Below are positions 48,000-59,616 of a stretch of DNA of 64,000 bases, piece after piece. Every line of letters begins with the position of its first letter. Position 1 is the first letter of the stretch. A program made the translations under genes and the position numbers. Origin of the DNA: Azolla caroliniana (taxonomy: Eukaryota; Plantae; Polypodiophyta); assembly GCA_043228905.1 (NCBI GenBank), contig JBHGNT010000015.1, positions 5,704,001 to 5,768,000 on the forward strand. The letters are read 5' to 3'. The notes beneath the pieces were generated by a model, which was not told the DNA's origin, did no database searches, and worked only from the letters and a program-made list of their open reading frames with translations.

Positions 48000-50250
48000 T
48001 TGGGAAGTGACACATTCTCTTAGAGTATTAAAAAGCATTCAATTGTGTCTATATTAAGCATTGAGTAAAAGAATAGGGATGTATAGGTTGCCACTTGTGA
48101 AGTCATGTGGCTCGAGTGAATCCTTGACTTGAACATCCTAAATGCCAACCTCATATGACTCTATGGAGATATCATTAGCAACAAGCAACTCGCATGGATC
48201 CCAATGTTCCATGCGTATATGAAAACACTAAAGTATATATTACCGCGACACGTGAGAGAAAATAATGGCCATGACATTGATGTCCAATATATCTAAACCC
48301 GTCGACAAATGACAAATATATTGATCAAAGTTCTTGGATGAAACAAGCTTGAACAAATTTTTTCAACATTTAGCCTACACCCGCCTAATCTATCGAGATT
48401 GAAGGGGAGTAAAAGAAACCAAGCTCTTCTTTTGCTTGATAGTACGACAAAATTGAGCTTGTGTGTTAATGCTTACCATTGACATAGTGAATGGGTGATG
48501 TCTTTCCATTGAATGAAGTGGATACCCTAGATATTCCACTCACTCTCCCATGATGGCTATATTGATACTAACTTTTACAAGTATTGGCATAGCCATTCTA
48601 TATAAACCACACCCCCTATTGCATGTTGATTATGGTTCATTAGCTTTTAATTAGGAATTTTGTACCTTGTTAATGTATAAATCTCTTTGGTGTATAATTG
48701 AACTTCCCTCAAGTCATTACACATGAAGTTATTCCAAGACATCTAGGATAGATAACCTTGGGCGTGCAAGTTTTGTCTGACAAGAATTTAATGTATTAAA
48801 TCTCAATGTAATTGCAAAAACATATCTCTATTGGAAATCACAAGCATGGCCTTCTCATATACCTAACAATTGCCCATTTGGTTATGCTATGAACGCCTTC
48901 ATGTTATTTTTCATTGCTACTTTGGCCTAATTCCAATTTATGAGACATTACATAATCAAATTGTTTCATGTGGTGGGAAAATGGTTCAACAACAACTTTG
49001 ATTTTATGGGTTGATTTATGCCAATGAAAGAATGGAGGTATGCTTTGAAAAATTGTGGAGACACGTGATAGTATTCAAACATTCCATCTTTAGAGGCATG
49101 CATGTTGATGATTGATACCTTGGGTTTCATTCCATGATTTGTTTTGGAAGACACGGGTATTATGCGTGTCAAATCTTGACGTCATGCTAGCATGTTATCA
49201 ATCTTGATAAAGTTGTAAGGATTAAATAATCTATGTAGTTGAGAATGGTTAATCCGTAGAAAATAATACTTGGAATTACCTTTTGGCATCTAACAAATTA
49301 TCACAAGCTAGACAATTCTCTTCAAGGTGAAATTGTGGTTGCTCCAAACGTTATTTATGTGTAGGAAAACATCAATCTCACCCCAAATTAGGATGACAAC
49401 AATTGAGTTGGTTCGTGATTTTCTTGAACAATTAAGATTAACGACATGTCAATGAGTGTGTATAACGCTTCACATGCCTAGGGGTGCCACAATTTATGGA
49501 CAACTATTTCAAATACATTGTATGCTCAACAACTCTTGCCTTGCCTAAATTTGGATGGTCCAAGTTTATCTTAGAGCGTACATTTGCCAATAAGATATAC
49601 TATTTTCTCATTAATGATCAACATGGTTAATGACAAATAAGGGAAACTCCCTTTGGGGACTCCACAAATGTTACAGTTGGTGGACATCCATAATGATGGT
49701 GGGCTGGTGTAATAAAACACCTTTCAAATGCAAAGCATTTGTTTGAGTGTATGTTCATGGGTGGGGTCGTGCTAATTGTTGCCCTCTCAAGTCACATTTT
49801 CAAATGGCTCTTGCTTCTTTTGTATCGCAATTGAGGAGGCTTGCCAACATATATTTTGTCTTACCCAATGGCATGACATGTATGATCTCTACTATCTAGG
49901 GGCTAGCGTTTTGGATGCCACCACACCTGATGGTTGTTTTCCACTTGGACTTTTGGGGTTGTTAGCATAATTAGAATATGTGAAAAGTGTTCAATAGTTT
50001 ATTCCCATCTTGGAGTGTATTATCGACCATTTGAAAGGTCTTCTTCAAGATTAGTTAAGCACCTTAGTCTAGGTGGGGTCTCATTACCAACGATGATTGG
50101 TTCCTTTACATACATACATCTCTTTGGTTTCTTTGTTAGGAATGTAACATTGCCCTTAGAATAATTAACGGTAAAAATAGACTTACTACCTGATAACACT
50201 ACCTTTTTGTTTTTTCTCTTGTGTATTTATGTAAATTCTCATTGTTTTCT
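48000..50250 (+). pseudogene. Very degenerate LINE ORF2 3' region
   Basis: CFFCIAIEEACQHIFC resembles the LINE C-terminal zinc finger; little else is readable and the boundaries are rough. Confidence 0.4.
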
Positions 50251-52861
50251 CGTTGAAATTGAATTGTGCATGTGGATGAAGAAAGAGGAGTATGCAACAT
50301 GCATAAACAAACGTCCCTTAATCATTTAAACTACCTAAACAAACTTCTCTTCCAATTTTAATAATTTGGTTAGCTATGTTAAAATGATAATCATCTTGTT
50401 GAATTATATTATAGTGGAAAGATAGAATAAGGCATAAACACATGTATGACATTTCTAAAACTTTACAAAAATAGGAAATGAATAACTTCAAGATAAAGTT
50501 TACTGTATGAAGTGATGGATTTGCTTCAGTACAATAATTTCTTGTATGTATTGTGGAAGAGGAGTCAAGAACATGAGATGATTTATTGTGTGTGGAATTG
50601 TCCAAAGAGGACCATTCATTATGTGCCCTATGAAAGTTAAAAGAGGACCCTATATGTTCTCAAATATGTATGATTGGTTGATAATAAGATTTTCCTTGAA
50701 AAAGAAAACTATATAATCAATGCATACACACACATGTCGATGTTCACAAGTGAATGATTCGCTTATAACTGACTATTGGAGGAGAACAATAATGTATTGT
50801 CACTCCACGTAAAGTAGTGGCGTAGACTTACCTTTGAAGGGTAAAAAATGACATTGTCAACAAACATATGAATGTATAGGATGACTAATGTAACCATATT
50901 CGGTGAATCAGTAGCCTTTACGTATATTAACTTGCTTTTGTATTCATGTGGCCTCAATATACGAACAATGATTACATTTCTACTTTTTGAACTATTAGTT
51001 GCTCAAGATTATCCATGCAACTATGAATTGAAGAGATGTTGCCATGTATCAAAACACTTTCTTGTGTTGTGTTAAGATTGATACGATGGAAAATATTATT
51101 GCCGATTTGTACTATAAAGTTCTTGAGGAAAAAGTGAACCGATAGAAATAACCACGAGTAACTTTCTAGGCTTTAGGCAAACGAAGCATGCAAGATATTT
51201 TATGAGTATGCAGTATATTTTGCACTGCATCTATACTGTTAAAATTGACATTCCATGCAACAATTTATGCCATCATGAACAAACAATGACATCATGTAGA
51301 GAGGAAGTTGCAATAACATTATAAAGAGCACAACATTATACTCTCGACGTGTTTGAATTTCCCAAGAGGCTTATTTGTTTTCCATATTGCTTGACAAGCA
51401 ATAAGTTGCAATCCATTGTTTAGAAAGGTTAACATGTTGCATCATTCATTCATTAGCAAATTTTATGTATTTCTTGATAGCATTTTAAGGGTTTACATAA
51501 ACGGATGATGAAAGAGTCAAATTATTGATGCTAAAGGTATATTGTTAATGGTGAAGGCTATTTAGTGTTTGTGTGTGGTGGTTCTTTTTCCTTATCGCAG
51601 TTCTTCAAAGTTTGATGTAGTTTACAATAAATGAACTCAAATGCAACAATTGTACATTAAACCACACATAGCCAATGTTTCCTTATAATTTGGTTGCATA
51701 GGTTGTAAAGTGATCTAATGAAACAATTGTATAATGGATATGGTGCGAAGCCTATATAACCAACATAACTAACCTATTACAAATTGTCCTAGACTACAAA
51801 AGCCCAATGGAGTAGCTTTGTTATAGCCATAACCTTACAACCTAAGTGTATAGCTAATTTTAATGGGTTAAGGGTAAGATAGTTGGGAAACCGGTTATCC
51901 TAGGAACATGGACAAGTCCATATGGGCCTATGACACGCAAGAACACGTAGTAGTCTTGGAGTGTTAGGTGTTGGGTTGTATGAAGGCGACAAGCTATCCC
52001 CATCATTACCATATCTTGAGACGCTCTGGAGACTCTATTGATGAGGCTAAGCTCTCTTCTTCGGATAAGTTAATCAACATCCAAGGTATAACATAAGTTA
52101 ATATTTGGTGGTATGGGACACTAGCAGTAGTTTATGTTCATCTCATGTCCTTCCCTCGAGGGTGGTTGGTGTGGTTAATCTATTATTCTCCTTAATCTCT
52201 TAATGTTTTGCTCAATGTTATTATGATTTGTTATAAGCTCTACAAAGCGAGAACATGTCGCCCAATTAGAGTTAGCACACAATGCATCCACTAGGTTTTC
52301 TACAATTGGTTTGCCCATAAACTCCAACAATTGTTGTAGAATGATCTTAGTAAGCCAAGTGTAGGTGTTGTTGTGTGGATGCATATCCTTAATCCAAAGG
52401 CATCAATACAACTAGGCATGTGGAATACATATTCCAAGTGCAAACAAAGCGTTAAAGAAGTGTTAATAATAGGACAAGCTCAATTGAATGGCTTTCTTTT
52501 TCGTGCACACACAATCTAGATAGTAGCCGTGCCAACGTGTTCATGTCACAGCCAACGCCCAGAGCCATTCGTCAGAGTCCTAGCATGAGGCCATAGTGAG
52601 GCAGCAACAACAATCGACGTTGCGCGAGGCCAGGTCATGAGTTCCTCCATAATATGCTAAAAATGCTCGCCGATGGAGTCTTTCTGTAGTTATAAAACGA
52701 ACGAGAACGAGGTAGTCGTAGTCGTGATGCGAACGCAGCCTACGCCGTGAGGGTTTGAGCGGCATGTGAAAGTGTGTGTGTGTGTGGCCTAGGGGGAACA
52801 AAGTCTAAGTTGGTTGGGGAAAGAGGGGGTCACACGTGTGTAGAGAGAGGAGGTCACGTGC

Positions 52862-52863
<2 letters not shown>

Positions 52864-52895
<32 letters not shown>

Positions 52896-53177
52896 GACAC
52901 TGTTGGAGGCATTGGAGTGTGTGGACTGAGCCAAAGATGGTAAGGTACTACTACTACTACTCACCATTTACTCCTCCCTACTTCTCCTTCTCCTTCTCCT
53001 TCTAGGGATCCACAAAGTGTTGTTTCAACTTCCACTCCTCAACTCCTTTCTCTCTCTCTCTCTCTCTCTCTAGACCAGCTCCTCCCTCTCCCTCTCCCTC
53101 TCTCTCTCTCTCTCTAGACCAGCTCCTCACTCTCTCTCTACCTCTATATAACAACCACACCAACCAGTCCACCCAAC

Positions 53178-53208
<31 letters not shown>

Positions 53209-53210
53209 CT
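52864..53210 (+). promoter_or_regulatory. MYB promoter/5' region with (GA)n and (CT)n tracts and a TATA box (~53144-53151)
   Basis: CTATATAA lies about 200 nt upstream of the ATG, flanked by CT microsatellites. Confidence 0.6.
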
Positions 53211-53347
53211 CCAAATGCAACCCTCTCTCCCCCAGTTTTCACTAATTACATTCCTACCCTCCTCTCCTCTTCTTCCTCCTACATGCTTCTTCTTCTTCAT
53301 CTCCCCTCCTCCTCCTCCTCCTCCTGCTCAAATCCTGTCTTCCCCTC

Positions 53348-53714
53348 ATGGAGCCACCTCCCTTCACCCATCACCATAGCCTCTCATTAACCCTCCTCTC
53401 CAATCCTCCTCATATTATGCATAGCACCACCACCACCACCACCACAGATAGTAGCACCCTCCAGCAGCCCAAGAAAGAGCCTCTGATTTGTGACCCTAAT
53501 CCTCCACTTCCTTGCACCAATGGACGCTTCATTCCATTGCCATTGCCTTTGCCATTGCCATCTCCCTCTTCTTCCTCCTCTTCCTCCTCCCCCAAGCTCT
53601 CCTGTGCTCGCGGCCACTGGAGACCTGCTGAAGATGAGAAGCTTAAAGAACTCGTCGCTCTCTACGGCCCTCAAAATTGGAACCTTATTGCAGAGAGATT
53701 GGATGGAAGATCAG
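53348..53714 (+). CDS. R2R3-MYB transcription factor (subgroup 21, MYB52/54/105/117-like), exon 1
   Basis: CARGHWRPAEDEKLKELVALYGPQNWNLIAERLDGRS; donor TCAG|GTAATC, phase 1. Confidence 0.93.
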
Positions 53715-54849
53715 GTAATCATTTATTTCTTCAACACACACGCATGTACGCAATTCAATCTAAAATTTGGTCTTGTTATCATGTATATATATATATATAT
53801 ATATATATAAATTAAATAACCATCGTTCAACATTAGGTTTAGGTTTAGGGTTTCCATCTCTTTTAAATTATAGAAGTGTTTCCTTTTTCTTTCTCTGTTT
53901 AAAAGTGATTTCAGAAATTCATCCGTTTTGGAAATCAAAATTCTTCGTTTTAGGTTTAGGGTTTCCATCTCTTTTACAATATATTTACATGTGATTTGTT
54001 TCCTTTCTCTGTTTAGTGATTTCGGAAATTCATCCGTTTTGGAAATCGGAATTCTTTGCAAATTCGTTTTTTCCTCTTCTGGCCAAGCATGTCATTTTGG
54101 AAATTCAGGATTTCCTCTTTTGGTTTAAAATTAGGGTTTTGAATTGGAAATTAGGGTTTCTGTTTTTTGAGTAAAAATTCTAAGTTTCCAACACTTTGCA
54201 AGATGGGCTTTTCCTTTTTTGGGAAGCATAGTTTCTATTAAACCCTTACCAGAAAACGGAGGTTTTCCTCTTTGGGAAATACTGACCAGCCTTCAAGCAC
54301 TTTGCAAAACCGAGGGTAGTCTCTTGTTTGTAAAAAATAGGGTTTTTTCTTGCAGGTTTAGGGTAAACAGAGGAGTGTTTCAAACTTCAAACACCTAAGA
54401 GGAGAAACTAGGGTTTCCTTTCTTTGAGAAAAACAGTGGTGGCTCCAAACGTTTTTTTTTTTTTTTTCCCTCTTTAGGTTAATTAATTAATTATCTCTGT
54501 GGAGGGGTAGGGGAAGGGGTTTAAAGGTTTCCTCATTGGGAAACATGGCTAAGTACACTCTAGAAACCCAACTTATGTGGATTTAAGCTAGAAACCTTCC
54601 TCATTTCTCAAGTTTAAAGTTAAATAACCTAACTTATGTGAATTTAAGTGCACACTCTAGAAACCTTTTAACAAGTACATTTAGTCCTCATTTCCCAAGT
54701 TATATTTAACCTTACTTATGTGGATCAAGAAACCTTCTAACAAGTATATTTAGTCCTCGTTTCTCAACTTATATAACCTAACTTATGTGGATTTATTATC
54801 ATTTGATGATGATTTGTTTTGTTGTTGTTGGTGGTATTGAATCGGGTAG

Positions 54850-55814
54850 GGAAGAGTTGTAGGCTGAGGTGGTTCAATCAGTTAGACCCGAGGATAAACC
54901 GGAGGCCATTCAGCGAGGAGGAGGAGGAGAGGCTGTTGGGCGCCCACGGCTTGTACGGGAACAAGTGGGCATTGATTGCGAGGATGTTCCCCGGACGGAC
55001 GGACAACGCGGTCAAGAATCATTGGCACGTCATCATGGCAAGACAATGCCGAGAAGCGCATTCACACCCCGTGAGGTCTTCGCCACCCCTATCGACCACA
55101 TCTTCTTCATCTTCATCCTCATCATCGAATCATAACAATCACAATATGGATCATATGGCCATCTCTAGCACCCATTATGCTACAACCCCAACTAATACCA
55201 ATAGTAACCATCACAACACCACATTCCTCGCTAAGCCCAATAGTATGCTCCAATATCTAGACCACAACAATCAAAATCACACTCACAATCCCAATATGGA
55301 TCATGTGGCCAACAATATGGATCATATGGCCATCTCTAGCACTCATTATGCTACAACACCAACTAATACCAATAGGTACCATCACAACAACACATTCCTC
55401 ACTAAGCCCAATAGTATGGTCCAATATCTAGACCACAACAATCAAAATCACAATCACACTAACAACCACACTAACAATAATAACCTGTTGTTGTTGCAAC
55501 TGGAATCTCTTGATGGCCATGCAACCCATTCCCCTGATCATCCCAACCATCTCTCTCTTGGCTCTCCAAACTTGAGTAGCTCTACAATATCTAATATCAC
55601 TAGTGAGTCAGTGCTAGTGATGCCTAATTCCTTCACCACTACTACTAACATTAGAGGAGGTGAAGGTCAAGTAGTGCTAGACAGCCCAATGATGATGCCA
55701 CCCCCTTCCAATTCTAGCAGTATGCCGATCCCGATGCTATCGCCATCCGCTCCTAATGCTATAATACCGAAGGAGCCCATATTCATTGATTTCCTGGGCT
55801 TGGGAGTGCACTGA
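54850..55814 (+). CDS. R2R3-MYB exon 2 (joined product 443 aa)
   Basis: Acceptor TAG|GGAAG restores [22 protein letters not shown]; R3 [24 protein letters not shown]; C-terminal FIDFLGLG. Confidence 0.95.
55141..55460 (+). repeat. In-frame tandem duplication (171-bp period) in MYB exon 2
   Basis: [20 protein letters not shown]...[10 protein letters not shown] occurs twice. Confidence 0.93.
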
Positions 55815-57400
55815 CAAGAGGGAAGCTTCAAAAAAAAAAACAGGAAAAAGAGAGAGAGAGTAGATCATGTAAAGCCTCCATCCAAAGCTGCAAGAAAAAG
55901 CCATGATTTTCTTGGGTTTTTAAATTTTTTTTTTCTTCTCTTCTTTAGTCACTAAAAAAATTAGCATTAGCTCTAATTTATTACTCTTATGACTACTAAA
56001 CTGACTGACTGAACACTGTGGAGACAAAACAGAAAAACCTGTTGTAACATTCAACTTCCTGTCTTTCTTCTTCTTGGTCTTAAATTTTAATCAATGGATT
56101 CTGTGTGTGTGTGTGTGTGTGTTTTATGTGCATGTCTATCTATTCATTCATCAGTGGTCTGATTTCATTCATTCATTCAATCATTCATTCATTCATTGAG
56201 TCATCCACAGAATCTAACTGTGATTTGTGGAAAATGTTAATGTGTTGAGGGTAGGAATCGAACCTGTTACCTCCTCCCCTCCTACAAGAACTTAATCACT
56301 TATCATTATTTAAAAGAAATACAAATATTAATACATTAAAAAAAAACCCAGAAAACATACATACAGTTACAGAAAACAGAGAATCACTCACTATTCCACG
56401 ACCATGAAATGAAATTTTAAAAAGAAAAAAAAAGGTGCAAAAATTTAATACTGCCAGGAAACATTTTCCTGCCCAAAAATATAAAAAAAAACTCGACAGA
56501 AATTTAAGGCAAAAAAAAGAAAAAAACATTCAGAAAAACGGATGAATATAAAAATGATGGAAAATAAAGAATAATATGTAAAAAAAAAAAAGAAACAAAA
56601 AACAAAACCAACTAGAACGAATCAAAGTCAATTAATACGTCAAAAAGAGAAAAGATTAAAAGAAAAAACAAACGAGTTGGGGCCCAATTCAATCAAAGCA
56701 TATTCAAATAAAGATTGAAAGAAGAGAGCAGAAAAAACAAAACAGGAGAATTAAAATGGGAAAAAGAAAAAAATCTATTCAATATTTCAAACCCAACCAA
56801 CTTACTTATTAACTAACAATCGGTTGGTTGGAGTGTCCAACGATATCAACCTGAAATGTGCTCTATTCCTACCCCACCTAACATTTATGTGACAATGAAG
56901 TGTGGGTAATGACCCCCCCACTTGATGGAAGGGGTAATGAAACCCCCCCCATAAAGAATAGTTAGAGCGTTCTAGATTCCAAAACTTTTGAAAGACTTGC
57001 GCATATGAGAAAATGTAATGCCCAATGATGTCATTGTGAAGACATTTCTCAGACTCAAAGAGATTGTGTTCTATCGGAAATCCTGGTAAGTAAACCCATA
57101 TGAATCAGATGTTGATTGTTCAAAACAATAATAAGTTCATCAAGAATAGTACCATGTTTCTATAGAGCCCAAATTTCGGAATCATGGCCGAGACTCAAGG
57201 TATATATGGGTCAAAAGCCAAAGACCTTTTATGGAAAAACCCAAGTATGAATTGGATGTTGATTATCCAAACATTCTTGCACGTCAAGAGTACTTCCATG
57301 AATTCATAGAGCCAAATATCAAAATCATGGCCGAGGCTAAAGGTATATTGGTGAAATGCCATAGAGTTAGACTAACTTTCGAAATTGATGAGCATAAAAT

Positions 57401-58530
57401 TGTAAGTATATGAAAAGAATAAGAAGCGGAAGCTTGTACACAGACGCAGTCGAACTGTAGCAACAATTAGGTAAACACAAAGAATGGAGAATACATAGTA
57501 TTAGAGAGAGACAGAGAGAGCAAAAGAACGAAAAAACAAGATTCAAACTAATGTCCCTATGTACATATGACTGTGCTCAGTGAGCACTTTTATACAAGCC
57601 CTGACAACGGGTTGACACAAGTATCGTTAGTACTTGAATGCTCATAAATGAGCCTGACACTAACTCGGCTCACAATATTCCTATTTACTAACATAGGAAT
57701 GTAGGTCCCTATGGCTATAACTACTAAAATATTCCTAATACTAAGATTAGGAATATAGGCTCTAACGGCCTATCAACCTTATCTAGGTTGCCCAGTTGTT
57801 GGCTTGTTCAACCGACTTGGCTGTCGGCTTCTTTAGCCGATCCGGTTCATGTTGAGCTTGTCTCTCAACAGTCCCCCTCAAGCTCAACTTGAGGTTCCTC
57901 TTGCTCTATTGGTTCTTCGTTCTGGCTTCACGCCTTCTTGCTCGCGCTCCACAATCCGTCAAGTCCCACACTACTTGAATTGTTCGGTTCTCTTGCCTTG
58001 GCATTGTCTCCAGCTACCTTATCGTCTGTTTAACCTTCATGTGACTCGGTTCTTCCGAACCACTTCCTTCGACCGAGTTGGTTGTCTCTGACTTGTCTTC
58101 TTGCAGGCCTTTGACCACATCTGACCACGTCCTGGTCTTAGCCTTTCTGTTTCGGTTGGCTTTGCCCTTCTTGGCTCTACCACCTGTCTTGCCTCTTTCG
58201 GCTCGGTCTCCCCCTTGTTTGATTGGCTCTATTTCCGGCTTGTCCTTTTGATTGCTCCCCCTACAACTGTCGTTGGCTTCTTCAGCCATTCCGAAATCGA
58301 ATTCTTCATTCGATTTCGGGTCCTCAGACTTCATTTCTCCTGGATTTCATCTCTCCCGGATTCGGGTCCTCGAAATTCATCTCTCTCGGTACTTCTCGCC
58401 TTCAAGTTTGGCATGTTGAGGTGTTGCAAACCAAGATCACTCGAAAATTGCCGCAACTTGTCCAGGCCGAGAGGTTTAGTGAAGATATCGACAACTTGCC
58501 AATCAGTCGGAACATACACGAGTTCCACTT
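57401..58530 (-). mobile_element. Copia 3' end (LTR 57401-57870, PPT, C-terminal extension, RNase H end)
   Basis: VDIFTKPLGLDKLRQF; GTCCCCCTCAAG next to CTCTCAACA; same family as 850-7772. Confidence 0.85.
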
Positions 58531-58600
58531 TGTAAAGAAATGGAAAGTGTAGGTGATGCCGTGTAGCGGAAGTAAACTATGTGTGTGTACGTAAGAGGGG

Positions 58601-58631
<31 letters not shown>

Positions 58632-59126
58632 GAACAAGAAGCTATATTAGTGAAGAATATGATTACATCCAACAGTAACTAAGTTACAAAAGGTTGGTTT
58701 AAATACCAACTAGTCTAAGGCAACTTCCCTTTTTGTTATTTACAAATCTAGCCTAGTGTGTCCACAACTAGTGTGAAAGCACTTCATTGGGAAAGTTGGG
58801 TTTGATTCTCAACACACCCCTTCGAACACAACTTCCGATCGTCGGAGGGGTTGTCTTGTTGTTTGGCTTCGTTTCGGCTTTCTGAGTTCTTCGGCTCTAT
58901 GGCCGGATGGTCGGTCTGATCATCTTCGACTATTCGATCGCTTAGAGCTCCTTGTTGGACTTGATTGTCATCATCATACTTTGACTCCTCTGGTCGGGTT
59001 CGATCGACTGGTCAACTACTGTTCGGCTTCGGCTGCTACTGTACTCCTCCTCAAGCTCTGTAATGCGGCTATCGTGAGACCAAGGTCCGATGTAAATTGC
59101 TTGAGCTTGTCAACCCCTACGGCCGT
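58531..59126 (-). mobile_element. Second nested copia 3' end (LTR 58531-58814)
   Basis: TGTTGAGAATCAAA...CTTTACA LTR, PPT GAAGGGGTG, and GVDKLKQFTSDLGL. Confidence 0.82.
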
Positions 59127-59616
59127 TGTTAACTCTTAGGGCCGGACAATGGCCTAACACAGGGTGTCTACGGAAGACACTTCACCAAAGGGGTGTTACG
59201 GCAAGAGGATTAGGCTCAAAGATTAATCCGACTTAATTAGGTTACTTAGCAAGATCGTCCTTAATAATCACACGCGTAAGATATAACAATGAATGCAGAA
59301 CGACAATTAACACAGAGAGATAAAAACACTAAGCTTTATTAATTAACTGCTGCTCATTACATTGTATCCGGGCCTTTAAATAGGTTTCCGGTTTGTATTA
59401 CAAAACGGTGCCACCCGCACCTGTTCGGGATTGGTCCAGATCCGGAACGGCATACCGATTCCGGTCCGTCCGTCCACACTAATAGCTTACTTACAACCAT
59501 TCCTTAATAATTAAATAACTCCTTCGTTTCACACTCTGGACTCCTATGCCGACCGGTAACACATGGCACGCCCGTGGGACAATACCTTGTACGTCGAATC
59601 CACCATCCGACCCTTG

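Noticed and set aside
53348-53815. Single-exon 155-aa ORF, and a separate 331-aa ORF at 54819
   Set aside because: These are the two exons of one MYB gene read into intron sequence; canonical GT/AG sites join them in frame.
56245-56302. Minus-strand B box GGTTCGATTCC suggesting a tRNA or SINE
   Set aside because: No cloverleaf, convincing A box, tail or TSD.
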